Under the pieces are notes generated by a model. That model made no database searches and was not told where the DNA came from. It saw only the letters and a list, made by a program, of their open reading frames with translations. Positions 19,053-27,993 of a DNA stretch of 30,953 bases are shown here, piece after piece. Source of the DNA: a virus; the IMG/VR virus record IMGVR_UViG_3300045988_046576, positions 1-30,953 of that record; one strand, written 5' to 3'. Each line of letters begins with the position of its first letter. Positions within the stretch are counted from its first letter, which is position 1. Both the position numbers and the translations under genes were made by a program.

Positions 19053-19664
19053 ATGAGCAAATTCACTAAAATCAAATTAGAGCTTGCCAAAATGTTGGCA
19101 AAATTCAGTGACATCAAAACTGACAAAGCCGTCTTAACTTGGGATTCTGACGAAGATCTTAAAGCTGGAATGGATGTTTATGTAATGGATGAGAATGGCG
19201 AATACGCTCCTGCTGCTGATGGTGATTATGTTACCGAAGATGGTAAAACTATTGTAGTTAAGGAAGGTCGCGTTGAATCGATTACTGATCCTAAAGCTGA
19301 AGTAGATCCAGAGGAAGGAATGAGCACTGTTGAGGTAGCTGCTGCTTGCGGAACTAAGAAAGTAAACGCTGCTGAGGAAGAAGTTGCAGATCCTATGGTT
19401 CAAACCGATGGTGTTAAAGAAAGTGAAACCGATGCCATTGATGCAATTCATAGAGAAATTAATGAGCTTTATGACATTGTAGACAAACTTACAAAGAAGG
19501 TTGCCGAGCTTGAAGCAAAAGGAACTGAAACAAAAGAGACTGTTGAGAAAATGAGCAAAATGAGTGCTGCTTTCTCTGCAGAAGAAGAGATTGAAACAAA
19601 GCGTACTACTCCTACAAGTGGCAATGCAGAAATAGATAGAAAGCTTAAAAACTTTATTGGTTAA
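19053..19664 (+). CDS. scaffolding protein (203 aa)
   Basis: Acidic, low-complexity protein with a C-terminal coiled coil (IDAIHREINELYDIVDKLTKKVAELEAKG). It lies between the protease and the capsid gene. Confidence 0.55.
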   Translation: MSKFTKIKLELAKMLAKFSDIKTDKAVLTWDSDEDLKAGMDVYVMDENGEYAPAADGDYVTEDGKTIVVKEGRVESITDPKAEVDPEEGMSTVEVAAACGTKKVNAAEEEVADPMVQTDGVKESETDAIDAIHREINELYDIVDKLTKKVAELEAKGTETKETVEKMSKMSAAFSAEEEIETKRTTPTSGNAEIDRKLKNFIG

Positions 19665-19685
19665 TAATTTAAAACGTATACAATT

Positions 19686-20591
19686 ATGGCAAATAGTCCT
19701 GTAATGACTTCTTTGACTGCTTATGTTGAGCAGCGTAGATTACCTCTTATTAAAGAGGCTGTATTAAAAGCTAAGAGTGCTAGTTTATTTAACTTACAGA
19801 CTGATATCAAAACTTCAGCTGCTCTTAACTTACTTTCAACTGATGTTGAATTTGGAGATGGTCTGACTTGTGGATGGGATGAGGCTGGAACGCAGACTCT
19901 TTCACAACGAGTTCTTACGACTGGAAATATCAAGATTAATATGGCTTATTGCGACAAAGCTATGCTTAAATATTGGACTCAGTATCAGGTTCGCGTTGCT
20001 GCTGGTCAGAAAACGCTTCCTTTCGAAGAGGACTTTATTAGTGGTGTAGTTGAGAATGTTAAAGCCGCTATTGAAACCGCTATCTGGCAAGGTGATACTA
20101 CTTCTCAGACTAATAACCTGAAGTACTTTGATGGTCTGTTAAAGATCTTAAAAGATGCTGATGGTACTGTTGATGTAACGATTGCTGGTACTTCTGCTTA
20201 CGACGACGTTATGAAGGTTTATAATGCTATTCCTGAGAAAGTACTTGATGGCGCTTCTATCTTAGTAGGTGCTGATACCTTCCGTAAATTCGTCCAGGAG
20301 TTAGTTGCTAAGAACTACTTCCACTATAGTGGTGAGAACCTTAACGGTGAGATTATGCTTCCTGGTTCGCAGGTTAAAGTAATCGCTGTTAATGGTCTTA
20401 ATGGAACTGACAAGATCGTTGCTGGTCAGCTTGACAAGAACTTCTTCTATGGCTGCGATATGATGAATGACGAAGAGAAATTCGAAATGTGGTATTCGCA
20501 GGATTTCAGAGAATTTAGATTAGCTATTGAATTTAACGCTGGTGTACAGGTTGCATTCCCTGACGAAGTAGTATTAGGTGCTAAAGCTTAA
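19686..20591 (+). CDS. major capsid protein, HK97 fold (301 aa)
   Basis: Size, position after the scaffold and sequence character (…ETAIWQGDTT…FDGLLKIL…FYGCDMMNDEEKFEMWYSQDFREFRLAIEFNAGVQV) support the call. It has the richest GC and codon bias in the window. All 4 Trp codons are TGG. Confidence 0.75.
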   Translation: MANSPVMTSLTAYVEQRRLPLIKEAVLKAKSASLFNLQTDIKTSAALNLLSTDVEFGDGLTCGWDEAGTQTLSQRVLTTGNIKINMAYCDKAMLKYWTQYQVRVAAGQKTLPFEEDFISGVVENVKAAIETAIWQGDTTSQTNNLKYFDGLLKILKDADGTVDVTIAGTSAYDDVMKVYNAIPEKVLDGASILVGADTFRKFVQELVAKNYFHYSGENLNGEIMLPGSQVKVIAVNGLNGTDKIVAGQLDKNFFYGCDMMNDEEKFEMWYSQDFREFRLAIEFNAGVQVAFPDEVVLGAKA

Positions 20592-20631
20592 TTTCAATAG
20601 AAATGTTTAACTTTAAATAGTAATTGAAATT

Positions 20632-21150
20632 ATGGCTTGCTTAATAACGCTTAATGGAATTACACTTGATTGCCAGCCTTCGTTAGGTGGTATCAAACGA
20701 GTTTGGATTACTCAATATTCAGATGTAAAATCTGTAGTTGTAGGTGAGGACAATATGATTGAAAGTATCACTTTAGAGGGTGAAGCTCAATGGTATGAGT
20801 ATCAGTTCCGTAAGGCTACTGGTTCTTTAACCTCAACTCTGAATGTTGACGAATCCGCAGGAGTTAACTATGTAAGTAATGAGTTAGCTCTTGTATTTAC
20901 AAAGATGGAAACTGCTAAGAGAATTGAAATTGCAGCTTTATCGATCGGTCAGCTTGCAGTTGTTGTTGAGGATAGTAATGGTCATTACTGGTTCCTTGGT
21001 AAAGATGATTATGTAAGCGCTTCTGCAGGTACTGGTATTACTGGTACAGCAAAAGGTGATCAGAATGCTTATACTCTGACTCTCTCTACTGATTCGGATT
21101 CTTATCCTTATGAGTTGTCAGCAGAAGCTATTGCTGCAATAGTTGGATAA
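20632..21150 (+). CDS. putative major tail (tube) protein or other abundant virion protein (172 aa)
   Basis: It is co-oriented with and compositionally similar to the capsid gene, and a strong terminator follows. It appears beta-rich by eye. No in-frame TGA. Confidence 0.35.
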   Translation: MACLITLNGITLDCQPSLGGIKRVWITQYSDVKSVVVGEDNMIESITLEGEAQWYEYQFRKATGSLTSTLNVDESAGVNYVSNELALVFTKMETAKRIEIAALSIGQLAVVVEDSNGHYWFLGKDDYVSASAGTGITGTAKGDQNAYTLTLSTDSDSYPYELSAEAIAAIVG

Positions 21151-21157
21151 TCAGATT

Positions 21158-21195
21158 AAGAGCGGGTAATTAATTTACTCGCTCTTATTTTGTTT
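21158..21195 (+). terminator. rho-independent terminator after the head genes
   Basis: A 12-bp stem AAGAGCGGGTAA (21158-21169) / TTACTCGCTCTT (21175-21186), with 1 G-U and a 5-nt loop, is followed by ATTTTGTTT. Confidence 0.75.
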
Positions 21196-21224
21196 ATAGA
21201 CATTAATAATAAAAATTATATAAT

Positions 21225-22526
21225 ATGGCAATTAAATTTACAACACAACCTGTTGCAAAGAATGCAACTTCGAGAGGTTTAGATATCCTAAGTGCTGCAG
21301 AATGCAAACTTCAGGATAAGACAGTTGAATATGTAGAAAATTCACAATATGAAATATTACCAGATGAAGGATATGATGGAATAGCAAAGGTTGACGTAAC
21401 AGTAAATGTACCAATTCCAGAACCTAAATTACAGAGCAAGAATTATAACATTGTAACTAATGGAGATACGACTATTACTCCTGATGCAGGTTTTGTTGGA
21501 ATTAATGGAGGTACTATTAGTGTAAACGTTCCTACTCCAGAGCCTAATTTACAAGAGAAATCTACGACTATTAGTCAGAATGGTGCTTCTAGTGTTACTC
21601 CAGATTCTGGCTATGATGGTCTTTCTAGAGTAGATATTACTGTACAAGTTCCAGAACAGACTATACAAGCTAACAAGACTGTATCTATTACAACTAACGG
21701 ACAGACTATTGTATCCCCTGATCCAAATAATGATGGTATGGCTCAAGTAACTGTAGATGTTAATGTATCTGGAGGTGGAAGTATAGATGTAGTTGATAAC
21801 GGAATTAAATTCGCTTATTCTACATTTACAGAAGTACCAGATACATTTACTGGATGGGATGAATTAGAGGACGGAAGTCGTATGTTTTATAACTGTAAAA
21901 ACTTAACTTCTTTTGATAAAGATGTTTCTAATTGTACAAATATAGATTATATGTTTTCGAACTCTGGAATTACTTCTTATAATTATAATTTTCCTTTGGT
22001 TACAAACCCTACTCAAACATTTACATATTCAAAATTACAATCTATTACAGGAGATTTAACTAATTTAACTGATCAAACTCAGTTTTTTGGATATAGTGAT
22101 TTAGTATCTTTTAATTTGGATACTCCAAATATAACTGATACACTTGAGATGTTTATAAATTGTGATTCGATGAAATCTTGTACCGCTAATATAAGTAAAG
22201 TAACTATAGCAAGTTATATGTTCCAATATTGTAGAGCTTTAACAGATTTAACTTTAACTGTAGATTCTGAGTTTACCACTAGTAATATGTTCTATTTTTG
22301 CACCAATTTAAAAAATGTAACAATTAAAGGAACTTTAAATGCTTCTTCATTAGATTTCTCACCTTCTTCTGTTTTAACAGTTGACAGTATGATGAATATA
22401 ATAAATGCTCTTGCTGATTTAACTGGACAAGATTCCAAAAAGATTATTTTTGGAACTTCTTTATTAAATAAATTATCTGAAGAACAAAAAGCTGTAGCTA
22501 CAAATAAAAACTGGGTATTAGCATAA
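21225..22526 (+). CDS. BspA-type leucine-rich-repeat protein with N-terminal tandem repeats (433 aa)
   Basis: There are four approximately 37-40-aa repeats (…PDxGYDGxxxVxVxVxVPxPEPxLQxK…). These are followed by repeated MF.nC..L units (MFYNCKNLTS, MFSNSGITS, MFINCDSMKS, MFQYCRALTDL, MFYFCTNLKNV) typical of BspA/DUF285-type LRRs. Confidence 0.65.
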   Translation: MAIKFTTQPVAKNATSRGLDILSAAECKLQDKTVEYVENSQYEILPDEGYDGIAKVDVTVNVPIPEPKLQSKNYNIVTNGDTTITPDAGFVGINGGTISVNVPTPEPNLQEKSTTISQNGASSVTPDSGYDGLSRVDITVQVPEQTIQANKTVSITTNGQTIVSPDPNNDGMAQVTVDVNVSGGGSIDVVDNGIKFAYSTFTEVPDTFTGWDELEDGSRMFYNCKNLTSFDKDVSNCTNIDYMFSNSGITSYNYNFPLVTNPTQTFTYSKLQSITGDLTNLTDQTQFFGYSDLVSFNLDTPNITDTLEMFINCDSMKSCTANISKVTIASYMFQYCRALTDLTLTVDSEFTTSNMFYFCTNLKNVTIKGTLNASSLDFSPSSVLTVDSMMNIINALADLTGQDSKKIIFGTSLLNKLSEEQKAVATNKNWVLA

Positions 22527-22540
22527 TAAATAACATAATT

Positions 22541-22777
22541 ATGAAAATTACAACAAATGATCAATTAAAGTTTAAGGTACTAGAAGCTGAGGAAGGGAAG
22601 ATTATTACTAATTATAAGGAATCTGATCCAATTGAAGAATATAGTGCTTCTACTATTATGTACTGTCCAAAAGATTTGGATATTAGTGCATATTATGAGA
22701 TAGATCTAAGTAAACATCAGCAATATGTTGATTTACAGACACAAAAGATTGAAGAGAAATTAAAACTTGAAGAATAA
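22541..22777 (+). CDS. hypothetical protein (78 aa)
   Basis: ORF track entry. A TAATG overlap couples it to the tail fibre gene. Confidence 0.45.
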   Translation: MKITTNDQLKFKVLEAEEGKIITNYKESDPIEEYSASTIMYCPKDLDISAYYEIDLSKHQQYVDLQTQKIEEKLKLEE

Positions 22778-24786
22778 TGGAAAATCTATTACCCTATTTA
22801 AATGTACTTGAGGCAGATACTATTACAAGGGATAATGTAACTAAAGCCTTAGTAATAGATAAAGATGATAATATAGCTCTTTTAAATGGAGAAGATTTAG
22901 GAACTAATAATTATCAAGATCTGCAAAATAAGCCAGAAATAAACGGAGTATCTTTAAATGGGAATCTTACTGCAAGTGAGTTAGGATTAGCATCTACTAG
23001 CGATATACCTACTAAAACTAGTCAATTGACTAATGATAGTGGGTATATTACTAGCTTAGATGGATATGCTACAGAAGAATGAGTAAATAGTCAAGGATTT
23101 GCTACTAATGAATCTGTTACTGAAGGTTTAGCTGGAAAACAAGATGAATTAGTTAAAGGTAATGGAATTAACATATCTGGAAATACTATATCTGCTGATT
23201 ATAGTTCAATAGATAATAAGCCATCTTTAAATGGTAAGACTTTAGAAGCCTCAACGAATATAGTTCCAGCAATACAGGTTCAAGCAATACCTACTAAATT
23301 GACTATTACTCCGTCTTTAGGTAATCAAACTGGACAAGCAGTTGAGCTTCCTGGATATGATACAAGTACTAATGCTTCTGGTATTTTAACATCTCAAGTA
23401 TTTGGTATTCTTAATGATAAGTATACTAAAGAAGAAATAGACAATATTAACAGTGCAATTAATACAGCTATTTCTAAAAAACAAGATAAATTAACAGCAG
23501 GAGCTAATATACGAATTGTAGATAACGTTATATCTGCATTTAATAATCATTTATTCTTACATTTAGATGAAAATGATACAGAACATCAGGCTTATGTATA
23601 TTCTTTTATTAAGTCTAATTTAGAGTTCTATTTATTTGCAGAGATTACTTATGAAGGCAAAGTAGTAGTTCTTCCTTTAGTTGCCATTGAAAACAACGAA
23701 TCGTTAGATTTAAAAGGAATGTATCTTAAAGATGATTCTACAATCGTTGAGGTATCTGCAGTTTTAGTAGCTAATGGTAACATAAGTGTAAATACTTCTG
23801 AAATATCAATATCTGGAGGTAGTGGTGGAACTGGAGATTATAACCAGTTGACAAATAAACCACAGATTAATTCAGTTGAATTGTCTGGAAATAAAACTCT
23901 TACTGATCTTGGTATTCAAGCTGCAGGTAATTATGCAACTACTTCTGATTTGGCATTAAAAGCAGATAAAAGTACAGTTGATATATTACAAGAGCAAGTA
24001 ACTAATAATACCTCTGCAATTTCTACTAAACAAGATAAGTTAGTTTCTGGAACTAATATAAAAACTATTAATGGACAAACTGTATTAGGATCTGGAAATA
24101 TTGAAGTTGGTGGAGGAGGAACTAGTGACTATACACAATTAACTAATAAACCCCAAATCAACTCAGTAGAATTAACTGGAAATAAGAGTTTATCAGATAT
24201 TGGTGCACAGCCAGCTGGAGATTATGCTTTAAAGAGTGAACTACCTGATGTTAGTGGACTTGCAACTAAAGAAGAGGTTACAACTGGATTAAATGGTAAA
24301 CAAGACACTTTAGTAAGTGGAACTAATATAAAGACAATAAATAGTCAATCTTTAGTTGGATCTGGAAACATTGATACACAAGATATACCAACTCTTTACG
24401 TCAGTAGATACAAGAATGTTTCAGATACTGTTGGATTTGATAAGGTACAGAATGCAATTCTTACTAATAAATCATTCTTAATATACTTTGATTTGGAAGA
24501 GGGTAATATTACTATGTTATGTGATTCTGCACTTACTTTTTCTGGAGGAACTACAATTACTACTGTATTCCATAGAGAGTATAGTCAGAATCCTACAGAT
24601 CATAAGGTGTATACTGTAACTATTACTAAAAATGAACTTCCAGATGTAACTGAATTGGTTCATAACTATATTAATTATGGAACAGGTACTCAGCCTCAAA
24701 TCTATACAATAACTGTGTTAACACAGGAAGAGTATAATGCTCTACCAACAAAAGATTCTAATACTCAATATTTAATAGTTGAATAA
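22777..24786 (+). CDS. tail fibre protein with modular repeats (669 aa)
   Basis: Track ORFs 22777..23082 and 23299..24786 are in one frame, joined by a single TGA (EEWVNS). Repeated units are Y.QL.NKPQINSVEL.GNK.L.D.G (4 copies) and KQDKL.SGTNIKTING...GSGNI (4 copies). Confidence 0.75.
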
Positions 24787-24787
24787 T

Positions 24788-24901
24788 ATGAACGTAAAGA
24801 CCGATTTAAAGGGATTTTATGTAGGTGACAGAAAGGGTATTGCCATTTATGTTGGCAGTACCCAAATCTGGCCTGCAACAGCTACAACTTCTAATAAATA
24901 G
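24788..24901 (+). CDS. hypothetical small protein (37 aa)
   Basis: MNVKTDLKGFYVGDRKGIAIYVGSTQIWPATATTSNK, with ATG 1 nt after the fibre stop and stop TAG 24899-24901. Confidence 0.35.
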   Translation: MNVKTDLKGFYVGDRKGIAIYVGSTQIWPATATTSNK

Positions 24902-24909
24902 TCCTGATT

Positions 24910-25137
24910 ATGATATTACTAAAGAATTCTAAAAATACGCAGACTTTCTATATTGCCAAAACGACTGGAATAGAAAAAGGTCAATTACCTATTGGTAGTT
25001 ATTCAAAAGCAGAGGTAGATGCTTTATTTCAGCCAAAAGGAGACTATATAACTGCTGATGAGTATAATAACAAGATCAACGAGCTAGAAGCAACAATACA
25101 AGAGTTACAAAGTAAGTTAGCAGATTCTGATAAATAA
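24910..25137 (+). CDS. hypothetical fibre-associated protein with C-terminal coiled coil (75 aa)
   Basis: ORF track entry; KINELEATIQELQSKLADS. Confidence 0.45.
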   Translation: MILLKNSKNTQTFYIAKTTGIEKGQLPIGSYSKAEVDALFQPKGDYITADEYNNKINELEATIQELQSKLADSDK

Positions 25138-25146
25138 TGTCAGTAT

Positions 25147-25189
25147 TTTTATTTTTATTATAACTTAAAGTGAGTAAAAAACTTGACAT
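25147..25189 (+). promoter_or_regulatory. conserved 43-nt bipartite motif, copy D
   Basis: TTTTATTTTTATTA-N9-GTGAGTAAAAAACTTGACAT. A 9-bp hairpin (25191-25199 / 25204-25212) and a T-rich tract follow immediately. Confidence 0.6.
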
Positions 25190-25288
25190 TAAGGGAGACA
25201 TTTGTCTCCTTTAATTTTATTACTTTATCTAAAGTATTTATATTTTAGAAAAAAGATATGTAAAATTAATGTAAAACTATTGCAAATT

Positions 25289-25681
25289 ATGTATTACACT
25301 CTATTAATTCAGAATACTGTGAGTAAAGAAGTATATACATATAATTTGGAGAATTTAAATTATGACGAAAATATTTATTATAAGTTTAATATTGTGCTGG
25401 ATGATAATACACCTGACGGAGAATACCAATATTTGTTATTTGAGAATCCAAATCAAATTGAAGTTGTAGTAAACTATAACAACGTCTATGATAGCAAGTT
25501 ATATGGAGATACTAAAATATTAGTAACGTTTACTAATACACTTACTAATGGAACTCAGATATTAATTGCTGGTAAGCCTATTATGTGACTATCTAGTGGA
25601 TTAATAAGAATAGGAGACTATAAATCTAACAATTATCAATATAACAAACAAAACAAATACCAAGTATATGACAGAAAATAA
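25289..25681 (+). CDS. hypothetical protein (130 aa)
   Basis: The start is moved to ATG 25289 (MYYTLLIQ...). The TGA at 25586-25588 is read through to TAA 25679-25681. Confidence 0.45.
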
Positions 25682-26351
25682 GAAAAGTTTGAAGTCAGGT
25701 ACGATTAAAAGAAATTATACTGGAGTAATATATTTAATTCACTCTAAGATAACAGGAAAAATGTATATAGGGCAGACTTGCAGATCATTTAATACGAGAT
25801 GAAGGCAACACTGTAATGAGAGCTTTAATGAAAATTCAAAAAGTTATAATCATCATTTTCATAAAGCTATAAGGTTATATGGAACAGATAATTGAGATTA
25901 TAAAATACTTAAAATATTTTCCTGCTCTTCAAAAGAATTACTAAAGAAACAGTTAAATATTTCTGAAGTTGAATATATAACTTTATATGATACATTTAAA
26001 AATGGATATAATTCGACTTTAGGAGGGGAGGGAACTATAGGAAAAGATCCCTGAAATAAGGGTAAAAAAGGAGTGCAACAATGCAATGAAGAGACTCGAA
26101 AAAAGATGAGTGCATCTAGATCTGGAGAAAAGAATGGTATGTATGGAAGACACCGAACCGAAGAAGAGAAGGAAAATCTACGGAAAAGGTGAAGTAAACC
26201 CGTAAACCAATTAGATTTAGACGGTAACTTTATTAAGAGATGAAATTCTTGTAAAGAAGCACAACAAAGTGGTTATAAAAATATTTATAGTGTACTTTAT
26301 GGAAAAAATAAACAATGTAAAGGGTTTAAATGAGAATGGGCCCAAAAATAA
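25668..26351 (+). CDS. GIY-YIG homing endonuclease (227 aa)
   Basis: GVIYLIHSKITGKMYIGQT...RWRQH...YGTDNWDYKIL...NGYNSTLGGEG, with NUMOD3-like NEETRKKMSASRSGEKNGMYGRHRTEEEKENLRKRW and an IENR1-like tail GFKWEWAQK. Six of 7 Trp codons are TGA. Confidence 0.85.
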
Positions 26352-26358
26352 AATAAAG

Positions 26359-27396
26359 ATGTCGGCACTAGATCCATATATTGTAAGTAACATAGTAGAG
26401 CCTACAGAAAGTAAGAAAAGAGGATCAGATATGATAATATGAGGCGATAATAATCGCTATCCTATTTACTTATGGGATCTATATTTAAACTGTGCAACAT
26501 TACAGTCAATTATCAACGGAACTGCCGATTTTATCGTTGGAGACGATGTTATTTGTAATAAAGAGGGATTTAACGTAGTTGTTAATAAGAAAGGCGAAAC
26601 AATAGTAGACATCTTTAGAAAGATAGCAATAGATAAGATGATTTTTGGAGGATATGCTGTTCAAGTAATTAGAAATATGGTTGGAGAAGTTAGTGAGATT
26701 TATCACTTAGACTTTATGAAGGTCCGTTCTAATGAAAAGAATACTGTTCTTTATTATGCAGATGATTGGGAGGCTTGGTCAGTTAAGGCTTTAACTTATC
26801 CTAAATATGAGATAAATGATAGTGCTCCCGCTTCTGTAGTTTATAATAAAGGCTATGTAACAAGAAGTGTATATCCAATTCCAGTTTATGGAGCTGCTCT
26901 ATTAAGTTGCGAAACTGAGAAGTGCATTAATCAATTCCATTTAAATAATCTTAATAATGGATTTATGAGTAATGTTATTATTAACTTTAATAATGGAACT
27001 CCTACAGATGAAGCACAAGAAGAGATTGAACGTAATATTAACGAGAAGTTCTCTGGATACCAAAATACTGGACGTATTCTTATTTCTTATAATGATTCAG
27101 ATGTAAATAAGACTACTGTTGAAAGACTTGATTCTGATGATTTTGATGAACGATATGAATCATTAGCAACTAGAACAAGAGAGCAAATATTCTGCGCTTT
27201 TAGAGCTAATCCTGTGTTGTTCGGTATTAATTATGCTTCTGGATTCTCAAAACAAGAGTATCAGCAAGCATTTGATTTATATAATCGAACTATGGTGCAG
27301 CCAATACAAAAAGATATTTGTAAAAGTTTCGATACTATCTTTGGAATGAAAAATTCTGTTACAGTGGTACCTTTTAGTATGAATTGAAATGAATAA
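26359..27396 (+). CDS. portal protein (345 aa)
   Basis: ...IIWGDNNRYPIYLWDLYLNCATLQSIINGTADFIVGDDV... and downstream blocks resemble the Phage_portal family by eye. It has 2 in-frame TGAs. Stop is TAA 27394-27396. Confidence 0.6.
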
Positions 27397-27982
27397 TTAT
27401 ACTGTTTATTGCCATATTAATAAATATAATAATAAAATTTATATAGGTATTACTGGACAAGATCCTAAAAAACGTTGAGGAAATGGGAAAGGTTATAAAA
27501 ATTCCTTTTTCTTTAATGCAATACAAAAATATGGCTGAGATAATTTCGAGCATAAAATCCTGTATACTAATTTATCTAAATTAGATGCAGAGCTTATAGA
27601 AATAGATTTAATACATTATTATAAATCTATTAATAAAAGCTATAATATTGCTAATGGAGGTAATGTTACTACAGGATTGAAGATGTCAGAAAAAGCGAGA
27701 AAAAACATATCACAAGGGCATATAGGACTTAAAAGAAGTGATTCGTTTAAAGAGAAGATAAGAGTTGCTAATAAAAATCGTTCTGATGAAATAAAAAGAA
27801 AACTGATAGATAGCAATAAACGTCCTATAATTCAGCTATCATTAGATGGAGTCTTTATAAAAGAATATGAGAGTATTAAAGATGCAGAGTTACAATTAGG
27901 TATATGCCATCAAAATATATCTAAATGTTGTAAAAACATCTATAAAACTGCTGGAGGATATAAATGACAGTATAAACAGTAA
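27389..27982 (+). CDS. GIY-YIG homing endonuclease (197 aa)
   Basis: YTVYCHINKYNNKIYIGITGQDPKKRWGNGKGYK...AIQKYGWDNFEHKIL...YNIANGG, with an IENR1-like tail ending GGYKWQYKQ. All 3 Trp codons are TGA. It overlaps the portal stop by 8 nt. Confidence 0.85.
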
Positions 27983-27993
27983 AATTATTTATT

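Noticed and set aside
18591-22564. A series of minus-strand ORFs lies at 18591-18779, 18851-19126, 19134-19451, 19721-19933, 19902-20090, 21549-21746 and 22292-22564.
   Set aside because: They are antisense to the protease, scaffold, capsid and LRR genes. They are short with biased composition, and nothing supports expression.
22777-24786. Internal DNA repeats in the tail fibre could be the variable and template repeats of a diversity-generating retroelement.
   Set aside because: There is no reverse transcriptase or accessory gene in the window. The repeats differ at all base types rather than adenine-specifically, and both lie in-frame within the same gene as structural modules.
24517-26706. 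Minus-strand ORFs lie at 24517-24699, 25898-26086 and 26506-26706.
   Set aside because: They are antisense to the tail fibre, GIY-YIG and portal genes, and are shadow frames.
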